Source of the DNA: Azolla caroliniana
Lineage: Eukaryota; Plantae; Polypodiophyta
Assembly (NCBI GenBank): GCA_043228905.1
Contig: JBHGNT010000003.1
Location: 8,494,001 to 8,558,000 of the forward strand
Direction: 5' to 3'
Length of the DNA stretch: 64,000 bases
The notes beneath the pieces are model-generated. The model ran no database searches. It saw nothing but the letters and a program-made list of their open reading frames with translations, and had not been told where the DNA came from. Positions 25,716-37,893 of the stretch are shown one piece after another. The position numbers and the translations under genes are program-made. Position 1 is the stretch's first letter. The number at the start of each line of letters is the position of its first letter.

Positions 25716-27054
25716 TAGGAAACTGATTTGATGCATAGATTTCAAGGTTGTCGAGTAGTTGTTTTTAAGTAATCATTAGGAATGCTCACACTACGAGATA
25801 TTAATAATCAAGTAAGGGTTTGTATCACCATGTTGGTTTGAGAAGGTAATTGCAACATGCATATTCCTATATATGTTGACAACAATATGATACATCTTCT
25901 CCAAGTGTTGCTTCTGAATTTAAACCTTGGAACCTCAAAGTCCTAAAGTTCGAAGAAAGTTCAAACATATGTTTGAGAAATATTGACTTTTACGAAGCTT
26001 TTCCAACATTGGAAGTTTGAACATTCTAAATTGAATAGTTTCTAAATTTTGGAATGTCAGAATATATTAGAAAAATATTTTAGCATTTTGAACTAAATTG
26101 GGGAAGTCAAATCAAATCCTTTTCTATGTCAAGCACATTTGATTATTTAATTGGCCCTTTATTGTGGAAACAAAGGGCAACCATTGGAAGCTAATCATCT
26201 CAATATGCTAGAGTCTTGGGGCCTACTTTGAATAGATTAATGACATTAGATAAGCCAAGATAACTGGCTGTTGTCATATTTTCACTCATTTAGATCGATT
26301 GGACGAAAGCATGATGCCTTGCTGCCTTTTGTAATCGTATAAATACTATTGCAATAAGTTCTCGTCAAAATGTGTGACACAAGAAAAAGAAAATAACGGG
26401 GATCATCGAAGGTCGTGGGGTATACAGATAGACAATGAGCGCATATTTGTATGATCAAGTTGACTAATCTTCCCAAAACACATTGTAGACTTTGATTTTA
26501 GTAGAATTTACAATTTACTTTTGTGTGCAATCATGGGAGATAATTTCGGAAAATGATGAAAGACTTCATTAGCAGATTTTGTTATGGCCAACTCGAATGT
26601 TTTCTAGAGAGAGAAAGCATGTAACAGTTTACTTCAATATGAAAATTAACATCATGAACTATATTAGCAATTTCACATGAACAACTATGGCGAATTTGCA
26701 AGTTTGATGTTATTAGCTCATAAATTATGGAAATGCATAAACTACACTTTTCCTTTTTATTATACAATGCCTCTCACTCTTTGCAAGTTCAATTTATGAT
26801 TTTTTTCCGTTGTGTCATTTGTTCTTCTCGTTGTGAGCAAGTAATCATATTCCTTTGACAATGGTCAATAAGGAGATGATTGAGGAGATAATAAAATAGA
26901 TGAAGATTAACCACTAATATTGTGTTGAGGGAACCAAGGTTGACAATCTGCTTGCCCTCTTTGTATATGTATTTGCTTGACAAGTACATATCCATACATG
27001 TTTGCTATATCATCTAATTTTCATTGTAATTAAAAGTAATTACAAATGTTCATT

Positions 27055-27230
27055 GATAGAGAGAGAAATGGAGGCAACAAATAATGTATAGTTTCAAATT
27101 TGTTGAGAACAATTACTTTGAACTATCACAATATAAATGGAGGGAACAAATAATGTGATAGTTCAGAGTAATTGGTGCTCAACAACTTTGAACTATCACA
27201 TTATTTGTTGCCTCCATTTCTCTCTCTATC
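27055..27230. repeat. Long inverted repeat (hairpin, ~76-bp arms)
   Basis: The outer 33 bp GATAGAGAGAGAAATGGAGGCAACAAATAATGT is the exact reverse complement of 27198-27230; inner arms pair with few mismatches. Confidence 0.92.
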
Positions 27231-28202
27231 TTTGTTTCTCTATATTGCGTAGGTCCTATTGGTGCTATTTCATAGAACTATACTAAGAGCATAACCGCAA
27301 TCGTAATTCTCGACCCCTAGGGTTACCCTTCACTTATGAATGAATGGTAAGTATTGAGTTATTCTCAATCATACGATGGGAGATCGCCAAGTGTTTCATC
27401 AATCAAGTGTGAAATAGACAAGGGTCTAGGATTTGAACCTATATAAGAAGGCCAACTACCTTCACAAAGGTGATAATCTAGCTTCGTACATCTGTGACTC
27501 CTTTTAACCCAAGGTATGATCCATGTCCAATCTTAGTGGTATGGGACACTGACAAGGGACTTATCTATCTCTCACCTTCGTTAGGGGGTGATCGAGTGGT
27601 GTAGCAACTTTTTTTTATTTTGTTTAATGTTATGTAGCCATATTCTATATGGCATCAACAAATGTTTTAATCACGGGATATATATTCTTTGTGCAAAGTT
27701 ATGACGATTATTCCTAAAAAGTGCGTAATTTGCTTCAGATTTAATGAGGCTGAAATTCAGAAAACGATGGTGTACTACACCGATGGTTACAGAAATTGGA
27801 GTGGATATACGATGGCAGTACGTAGTACCGAGATGGCTGTTCCCCCCTCCCATTAGATGATAGAGGGGCGTGAATGACACGACAAACATGGAGAACAAAC
27901 ATGTGGGCTATTTAGTGTAAGATAAATAAGTGATGTAGTCCATATGGAAGTAGGTAATGTCTAAAGTTGTGTATTGTATGTCATTTTAACTAATGGAGTA
28001 TATTCTTCTTTTGGAAAAAAAAAAAGTGTGTAATTTATTCCAATTTGTGCAATACTGTTAATGTCTTACATTGTACCAAACAAGATAAATTTTTTGAAAT
28101 AAGGACATTGTTCTACTTCATGTAAGTAATGTAAGTATTTATATGATTGTGGATGAGTATTTTAAAGAGAAAAACTAAAATGTTTCTATTTATATATGTT
28201 AC

Positions 28203-28600
28203 TAGGAATCGGCAACCTCTCGGCTCAACCGTAAACCAAACCGTTAAATAGTTTTTAAATGGTTTGGCAGTTCGGTTCAATTTAGGCTTGAGCTTCCTTA
28301 ACCAGTTTGAGCTCAGTTTGGGATGGCTCAAGCTTAATTGAACATATATTGGGCCAAACTGTTAAATCGTTTTTAAATGGTTTGGCAATTCGGTTTAGTT
28401 TAGGCTTGAGCTTCCTTAACCAATTTGAGCTCGGTTTGGGATAGCTCAAGTTAAATTGAACATATTTGGGCCAAACCAATTAAGGCTTAATCGGCTTGAC
28501 TAAATCAGTCCCTAAACCAATTTAGTCTTAACTAGTTAGCCTTAACCAGTTTAGGAATCAGTTTGATTCGAGTTTGGAAACTCCCAAACTACAATCCCTC
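28203..28600. mobile_element. AACCG/GGTTT-rich MITE-like element containing a ~118-bp internal tandem duplication
   Basis: Begins TAGGAATCGGCAA (hAT-like end); block ~28235-28359 is repeated at ~28353-28476. Confidence 0.55.
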
Positions 28601-31600
28601 TAGATGTAAACAATATGTGTCATGGTCCTGTTAATGAGTCCATAACACATTGTTGGCCATTCAAAATATGTACTTTACTAGATCACAAAGGTGTGTTGGG
28701 CATGTTCTTTAAGGGCTTGAGCCGCAATAAAATGACATGTATTGAAAATGTGGTTTCCCTAACATGACCATACATCTTTGGTTGTGGATGTTGTGCCTTA
28801 GTTAGGCTTAGCAACATGTAGTTTGGCAACAACCATAATTTTGAGCACACAAGGGATCTATGCTAGAAATAATATAAGCATTAAAGTATTAGAGTTATCA
28901 ATGTTAATATTGTTGGAAATATCATCGTTCATTATTGCCAATATTTATGGTGCTTGTTTTATGTTGCAAATAAGGTGTTTATTTCATCATTTTTTCACAC
29001 ATTTTTCGACATTATTTTCGTAGAATAAGATATTTTCAATTGTTCATTTGTCGAACAAAAATGCGAATGTAAACGTGTAAAGAAGTCCAACATACACTAG
29101 AAATCAATGGTCCTCCTCTGGAAAGATGGCACCCAAAGAAAGTAAGAGTGCAAACAATCTTGCAAATCAGCAAGAGCATGATTAGGAGGTTATCTACTTA
29201 GTGCTTACATCATTTAAAAAAAGCTAGTGATTATAGAGAGAGTGGGAGCCTTAGCTTTTCATGGTCTAGAGTTTGCATGCTAGTTGTGACTAGTTTATGG
29301 ATATAGTGTGAAGTGTACAAGGAGCCAAAATGCAATTAATAATTGAGGTAGCTCTCCAAATAAAACACCAAGCATGAAACCACTCATTTTTGTTTAATTA
29401 TGTGTATGTTGACAGGTTGAGCAAAATGACTTCATCTTGTTCATGTACCTACAATGACCCAAAGACCCGCACCTACTCATTTTTATTCAGTTAGCTTCCA
29501 TGTAAATCTTAATGACATTCGATCTCCATGAGTTGTTTTTGGTTTGTTTTTCCATTGTGTACATATATCGTAGATGAGTACTTCTCATCGTCACTATGTG
29601 GAGTTTTTAACTTTTCAAATTGTTTCAAAAATGTAAATCTTCTAATGTCTTCTATGATGGTAAGAGCTCACTTGTGTGTATGTGATCTTTTGAGATCAAT
29701 GTGGAATCTTGAGTAATGCTCATTATGGTATGGATTTTTTAATAGTTACTAGTGTATTTTGTGCATTCAACTTATTGTACTATTGAATCATACAAAGTGT
29801 TACAAACATTGTTGAGGGAAAACCTAATTGTTTGGAGGAACCATACAACTAATTGTTGGGAATTTGCAGGCATGCCCTCTCTTGGAATAGAAAATGTAAG
29901 TTCCATGTCTTGTGAATGAAAGTATTTTCATGGTAGTAAGTATGTTTATTTTGATCATAAGAAAAATGAAAATAAAATGCCAACATTATACGTGCTTCAT
30001 GTAGAAGACTTCTTTCACTCATTTAGCTCTACTTTTATTCATGTTTAAGTTTCGTGGAAATGTTTTTTCTTGACCTTTTGGATGTATCCAATGGAGATAG
30101 CATACAAGTTTTCTTTGGATTTTTTCAAGTGATTCCATCAACACTTTTTCAATTTAAGATTCATGTCTACTTTTCTTCCGCTAACACATACGCTACATAT
30201 GCATTTCACTTTTCTGCATAAGTAAAGTCCATGCGTGAATGACATTGATATTATTACTTACTAAAAGTATTATAAAGGTTGTGCGAAAGAATGTTTTGCT
30301 ACAAACATATCGCACCATGAAAGTGTGATTATAATGTTATTCAGAAAACTCCAAAAGGAAATACATTCAAACAAGTAGTCATATTAAACATGAATATCTA
30401 CAAAAGTGGGATGATCTATGTCTAACGTATTACTATTGTTTTCTATTGAATCAAGGCTTCTTACAATAAGTGAAGGAAAGTACACAAGGCCCTTTCTTTT
30501 AATTCTTTATATGATAAAAGTGAGCATTAGGATTTGTTAAAGATTTTTGGTGGTAGATCGATGGCTTTTATAAGATAGAGATTGTGCATTTTCTCAAAGT
30601 CTTTGGGAGATTCAATGGTACTAATCATTAATTCGCTTGTGATCTATGTTCCTATCTCAAAAGTTGTTCGCATCTTGTAGCCCTTTTTAATCCATCCATA
30701 AGGTCATCGGAGATGTCCCACTATAATTTCTTCAACATGTTGCTTCTGAAAATAATATGCTCAAAATATTTACAATATCATGCACAAAAGCTTCTTTTAC
30801 ATCTATAACAAGCTTATCATGAACGAAGAAATTGGTGGTGGTACCACATCTTTTCCTCATGTTTCTTGAGGTGACAAGACACCAACTTCAATATTGTTAG
30901 AAAAACTATATTTTCCATTACTTTGGGGAGGTATTGGAAATTTTGTCGGTTCACAATATCAAGACATAAAGCCTACCCTACATGAAAATGGAGAAATAGC
31001 TACCTGGATACCTACCTATTTCGATGAAAATTGAAGATTACATCTCCATAATATATTTAAAGGTGTCTCTTTGCTTAGGTGAGGAGAAAGTAAGGGTAAT
31101 GATCAAAGAAAAAAAACATGGTGTGTTGCAAAATCTCCATGATGGCCTATGCACTAATCCTAGAATTCTAGTTAAAAATCATAACTTCCTAGGGTCATGG
31201 ATTCATATACATGCTTTTAGAAGATTGCGCCTTTTTATCTCATGATAACCCGCGAGGTTGTTCTACTATTCGGATGCAAATAACTATGTGTTTGTGGTTC
31301 CCATTTCTTCCAATCTAGTTATATTATATCTATTTCAAAATAACAATGTGAGCTTCATCTAGTTGTGTAGTTTGCAAGAATGAGCTAAAATTGAAGAGGG
31401 TTTTGGTGTTACATGACAATTTCATTTGGGAAATATATGTAACCTTTCAGGCTAATGTAGTATAGAAAACTAACGGAAGTTGCAAATTTTAAATTTTAGA
31501 TCTGAACACTAAGATTTTTAGTGTTGCAATATGTCGAAAAAGGTAAAGAATATAAGTGACTCAAATAAACGAAATGGAAATGGTTTAAAAGGAACGGGTC

Positions 31601-33409
31601 GCACGAGAAACAAGATGAGTGTTGATGAAGTATTTACTTTGGTATCATGAAGTGGAATCGAAATCATGGCATTGTGAAGATCAACGACATTCAACCAAAG
31701 AGTTTGAGACCATATTGTAAATCTGACTTGAAGAACAATAAATCAACTCATAAACATCACATGTCCCATGTGTTAGAAAATGTATAAATATTCGTTCCAC
31801 TAATGTGGAGGTACAATGATTACGTGCCTTGACACATTGCAAATATATACTTATCCGTTCTAGGTGGGGTTTGAACGAAAGAAAGAGAGATTGTAGAGCG
31901 ACAACGTATATGTAGGTGTGTTGGATTAGTGGTGGAGCATCTTAGGGAAAAAATGTAGGTGGAAGTGGTCTAAGCTCGTAATTGGTAATAAGTAATCTTT
32001 ATTTGCCTGGATGTTTTTCTTCGGGAGAAATGCCATCAAGGAGTAGCCAATGAGAGAGCACGGAAGTGACATGCGGGCCACACAATAAAGAAGATATGAT
32101 GGAGGGATGAGTGTTAGAATAGCAAAGGGAAGAGACACAAATAGAAGAGTTGGAGAACAAAAAGAAATAAAATCATAGTTATGTATGTATAATGCCTGGA
32201 TTGCATATCGGAGCAAAAGTAGATGCATCGTGACTAATCCACTTGACACATACTCAAGGAAGATTGACTAGATGAGAGAGAGAGGGGGGGCTAGTAAGCA
32301 ATCAATATAGATTATCCTCTCTCTCTTTACCCCTTGATGCCCTCCTTCTCTTGCACACAAAGAAAGCGATTTTTAAAAGCAATACGGTAAGTGCAATGGA
32401 CCACATAAGAAAGTGCCAAATGTTGGAAGAGGAAGATGAAATGTCGAGCACCTAGAGAGAGAACGAATATCCTTTAGTACAATTGTGCACAAGCATATAT
32501 AGGGAGAGTTCGAAAGAATGTATGGTTGGCACAAACAACCATTGAGAAAGAGCCAAATAGATGAAGACCAAAATGCATAATAACTTGATGAAAGCATAAA
32601 GCATGAATATGTGTCAAATAAATGGGGTAGACAGGTGCTATCATGTACATATGCATGTACTTTGATGTTAACTGTTGACCATAAATTAATATTCCTTTGA
32701 GCTTAAATATCAACATAAAATTATGGCTAATCATTCATGAAAATCTCAAAATAAAACCCCTTAGTTGTTCGAAGTCCACGACATACTCTCTACAATTTCG
32801 GCATACAAGAATGGAGAGAGAGAGAATATTGAAAGAATGTTTGAATCCTAGGCGGTCTTTTCGAAAAATGTTTCAAGGTAAAGGTGGGTGCTACTTTAAG
32901 AAAATCACTAGGAGATTATATGAGTCTGAAAATGAGACGAAAAAATGGGGGAGGCCAAGGAAGAAACACCAGCAAATATGTTGATATATGAACATGTTTG
33001 AGCTCAAGTCTCACAGTATATGGTTTTGTTGCCCATTTTTCCCATTTTTGCATGCGCCCCAACATCACCTTTTTTTTGGGTAGAGTGTTTATGTTCTTCT
33101 TCTTTCAAGGTCTTTACATTTGTACTTATGTCTCTCGCTCTTCTTGTTGTTTTTCTATCATTGCTTCTTAACATTCTTCCACACTTGAAGCATCATTCTG
33201 ACTCTCCCTATTTCCATGTACTCCTTGACATATTTGTTCATAGTAATATAGTTTGTGGTAAATTGCAAATTTGTCCCCTTCTCATATGTAGACTCTTTTC
33301 CAAACTTTCCTGCAATGATACTCACATCTACTGTGATCATTGATAACTTCTTCATAACTCTTATGTGTGTACAATGTACATATAATCTACTTTGGGACAA
33401 GATAATCTT

Positions 33410-33570
33410 GTGATGCATCGAGTAGGGTTTACGAAACACATCTTCTTCAGTGGCAAAACATATATTCTACTTGATGTCTTTTGTAAACGGGAATTGGTCT
33501 TGTTTGCATTATGTATAGCCTCATAAAAAATGTACTTCTATGATGCGAACCATATGATTATTAACAACCA
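33410..33570 (-). pseudogene. Possible decayed Ty1/copia RNase H C-terminus
   Basis: Minus strand reads IIEVHF..ATEEDVFRKP, resembling HIEVxxHF..TEEQxADIFTKPL. Confidence 0.3.
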
Positions 33571-35244
33571 TGACGGTGGAATACGAGCCATCTTTCCATA
33601 TTTATTTTAGCTCATAAACATACACCATACACCCATTTTCACTAGTTCCTTATAATCACATGGCATGAGCACTTGCTTTGTTGAGCCTTGGTGCATTGCC
33701 TCACTACAAAAACACTATGATTGATGATGCACATTTATATTAAGAAACATTACGTTTGTGGGGACATGAACTTAGGGAAATGTAGCGTGTTAGCACATAG
33801 TGCATTGCCCCTACCAACCTACTTTGCTACCTTTACACATGACACACCCTAGTTGCTACAACACTGGTTAGCCACATGCTCACAAAGTTGTGCCATTAAT
33901 GCACCCATCACAAATAAAGATTGGCTTTGGTGTTGAAGGTTGAGGTGGATGAATTCCAATTGTGATGATACACATTGTGAGGTACAATAAGGGATTGTTA
34001 ATTGGTTATACATACCACATGCATGCACATTGCAAATGCACTAAACCAATATGTACTCTAAATATGGCTTCACATAACCTCATGTTGCTTACCATGTTAA
34101 AGGAAACTTACTAAGGGCCACGGCTATACACTCTTTCAGCTAATGTGCCCCACCCCCTTTTTCAAATAAACCAAGGTATTGAAATTGTTGAGCACGTCCC
34201 CAAACCAAATAAGTACCAGCTAGTTGAGGCTCATAATTGTTTGAATTGGCGTACCTTGACCTATAGGTGCTAACTATTCCACTTGTACCTTGACTTTTTT
34301 TGTAGCAATGTTGTACCTCGAGTTGCAAATTAAAAACGTATAGTATGTCCAAAAACAATGCCTTGAGGCATGAATCATGACTCATCATGATGTTCTAACA
34401 CTAGGGAAAGTGTACACTTTCCAACTATGAGTAAGGAATGCGCCATGACGGTGATTCCTCTTTCTCTTCCCTAAATGCGTATTAACCTTCAACACTAAAT
34501 GAAATGTTACATTCAATGTTTTGCCTTCAAAAGTTTTATGTAAATGCTTGTCATTTGGATAAGCAATTAATTCTAATACCAAACCATTTGTTTATTGTCT
34601 CGTGTAGATTGTGATGTCCCTCTATGGGTGACACTTTTTTTATTTATTGCACCCAATTCGTCAAAACATATAAAAGAACTTGAAAGTGTCATGAAGCATG
34701 TTTTAGTTTGTTCCAATGTATGAAAACGAACTCACAAGTGTCAGGAATTAGGCTTAAGCCCCTTGGGGCAGATGGATGATTATTGTCCAATCTTATTATG
34801 TTTGGACTTGAATCTTAGGTAAAAGAACGGTATCATTTTCTTTGGTTCGATGCCTTGATGAATGACACCCCTGAAACCACACACTACAGGATGATTGGAA
34901 GCTATAAAAAAGCAGCCAGTGCATGTGAACGAACTTATGTATGGGGCATGTTTGAGTGCAACAAACGGGTTGTACCAGCTCAATGGCCGACAGTGTCGAA
35001 TCGTATCCTCAGGGTCCACAGTAGTAGTCGGTAAGACCGAACCAGTAATAATGGATGCCTTCCTTTTTTTTCTTTTATTCGTAAATGTGACCCACTCCTT
35101 GGCACACTTCTAAATACATACTTACATGATGATGATGATGATGATGATGTCTTTGAATGTATATTGTATTGAATCTAGTGTGTGAGAAAAAATGTTGTCT
35201 TTGTGAATGAGTACAATATGCATAATTCATGTATGTGCAAGGAC

Positions 35245-35350
35245 ACATGCATACATTCCATCCATCCATCCAACCTTACATACATTCATACATGCATACA
35301 TACATTATACATCCATCCATACATGCATACATGCATACATCCATCCAACC

Positions 35351-35381
<31 letters not shown>

Positions 35382-35655
35382 CATACATACATGCATGCAT
35401 ACATACATACACCATCCATCCATCCATCCATCCATCCATACATACATACATACATACATACATACATACATACATACATACATACATACATACATACATA
35501 CATACATACATACATGCATGCATACATACATACACCATCCATCCATCCATACATACATACATACTTACATACATACATACATACATACATGCATGCATAC
35601 ATGCATACATACATACATACATACATACATACATACTTACATACATACATACATG
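35245..35655. repeat. Compound (CATA)n/(CATC)n microsatellite upstream of the WIP gene
   Basis: Directly visible; it generates the spurious HTYI/MYVC ORFs. Confidence 0.95.
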
Positions 35656-36414
35656 TGGAGGAGTTTATGGAGATTATTTATTTGTCGTTTTCATGGTCAA
35701 GTAAGTATCCACCCACCAAACCCTAATTATTTACCCCACTCTCACTATTACACTTCTCTTATCATGACCTGCACCAAAACCCTAATTGTCTCCTCCTTGC
35801 CTCATCATCATATCACCACCCACCCAAACCCTAATTTTCTTCTTTCCATTACAAAATTTGGCCCCGTATGATCAATTCCAAATACCCCTCTTGATCACTG
35901 AATCTCTCTTCTTTAATACCATTGCCCTAAATTTTGGAAGGGTTTTTACTTGTCTTTCTTTTGTGTGATTCTTTGCTTCTCTCATTCTTACCCTGATTTC
36001 AGGAAGTTGTTGTGTCTAGTACTGAATTCACCCTGAATTTAGCCTGTCAAATTGGAGTGAATTAGTTACAATCCATCAATATTGTAGACTGTTTAATTAA
36101 TCAGACAGAAAGATTATTAATCCTGAAATGCCCAAACTATTCGTTTCCTAGTCAATATCGTTAACATGATTTACCTAATTGAATATCCCAATCCATAGAT
36201 ATACTCATTATTATTACACAATTAAGCAATCCCACTCCACACATACATATATAAATACTTTTAGGAAACATTATTAATACCATAAATATTATTTACCCAA
36301 ATTATATAACCTAATCCAAATTCATGTAACGAGAACTGTCTACATATAACAAGAAGATATTACTATAATTTCATGAATTTCAGTACCTGATTCAACATAT
36401 TTCATCAATTATAA

Positions 36415-36711
36415 ATGGCATCTAATCCTTACCATTACCATCACCATCGTTGCTTTCCGTCTGATTTCTTTAGTTCTTGCAGTAGTTATATTAATAATAA
36501 AGATTTACTCAGAGAATCAGGTCTTCATCAGAGATTCAATCTCATTCACGTTGACCCACAATCTTCGATAGAAGCTCTGCCTCTGCTCCAGAACTTGGGT
36601 TCTTCATGTGATAATTCCAATGATCACAGTCATCCTCATGACCTTAAGATCAGTAAAGATCAAGAATATAGTTCATTAATCAACACATGCCACAGCAATA
36701 ATAATAATCAT

Positions 36712-36744
<33 letters not shown>

Positions 36745-37083
36745 AATGGCAGCATTGATCATGATCATATCAGCCTAGATTTACACATTGGGCTCCCAAT
36801 CAATAAGGAATATAAGAAAATCAGGCCAATTCAGTTTGGCAGTAGTAATGATTCGATGTCATCGGGCCAGAGTAATAATTCGACTGAGCCCGGGGTAAGA
36901 ATCGGAGGTGATTATTATGCTGCATCAGTCAATGCGATCGGTGACCAATGGAATGATCCTTCATCTGCTGGAATCTCCCCCCGTAACTACTGGATCCCGA
37001 CGGTCGAGGAGATTCTGACGGGGCCGACGCAATTCCCCTGCCCGCTCTGTGGGAAAATGTTCAACAGATATAATAACATGCAG
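36415..37083 (+). CDS. WIP: WIP-family C2H2 zinc-finger transcription factor (TT1/NTT/WIP group), coding exon 1
   Basis: LDLHIGLP motif, poly-His, YWIPTVEEILTGPTQFPCPLCGKMFNRYNNMQ; donor CAG|GTACAT at the intron position conserved in WIP genes. Confidence 0.95.
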
Positions 37084-37125
37084 GTACATAATTTAGTCAC
37101 AACATTATATGGGCATTTGATTGTT

Positions 37126-37330
37126 AACATCCCAGGGCAGTAGATTAGGTGCAGATGCAGTATATGTAATGATATTATGTAGACTTTGTATTGATTTTGA
37201 ATGATAATATCTTGGCGACAGTAAGATTAGGTTGCAGATGCAGTATATAATGATATTATGTGTTTCCCTTGTGTATTGATTTTGAATGATAATATCCTAG
37301 GGCAGTAGATTAGGTGCAGGTGCATAATGT
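37126..37330. repeat. ~80-bp tandem repeat (~2.5 copies) in the 5' part of the WIP intron
   Basis: CAGTA(A)GATTAGGT(T)GCAG.TGCA occurs three times. Confidence 0.85.
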
Positions 37331-37571
37331 GGTAATTCATTAGTGAGGATTCAAACTAGTTCTTTTAATGGTGGAATTATCAATCTGATTAGTTAGCTGG
37401 TTTAGCTCTGATTGGAAACCCATTTCCAGATGCCACTTTACTGATGAATATTTCTAGTGTTCAATTCGAAAAACACCATTAAAATCTGGCGTATGTAGGT
37501 AACATCAATCATGATTTAGCTAGGAAAAATAAGTGGTAGATTAATTGAAACAGAAGCTCCCTAGTAATCTT

Positions 37572-37893
37572 AGCATGATTCATATATATACTTGAGAAGA
37601 TGGATGAACTGACAATGGATTAATGTTAATTGTAGATGCATATTAACAGCATGATTCATATATATACTTTGAGAAGATGGATGAACTGACAATGGATTAA
37701 TGTGTTAATTAATGTAGATGCATATTAACAGCAAGATTCATATATATATATACTTGAGAAGATGGATTAACTGACAATGGATTAATGTGTTAATGCAGAT
37801 TTACATTAAGAGCATGATTCCTATATATATATATATATATACTTGAGAAGATGGATTAACTGACAATAGATTAATGTGTTAATGCAGATGCAC
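37572..37893 (+). repeat. Four ~80-bp tandem copies containing the WIP intron branch point and acceptor
   Basis: Unit AGCATGATTC(TA)nCTTGAGAAGATGGAT.AACTGACAAT.GATTAATG..YAG|AT; the last copy supplies the productive acceptor. Confidence 0.9.

Noticed and set aside
29100-31000. Decayed hAT transposase
   Set aside because: Only a faint LQHVA..KI resemblance near 30730; no sustained reading frame
35182-35871. 229-aa HTYI-repeat ORF and overlapping ORFs
   Set aside because: Artefact of the (CATA)n tract
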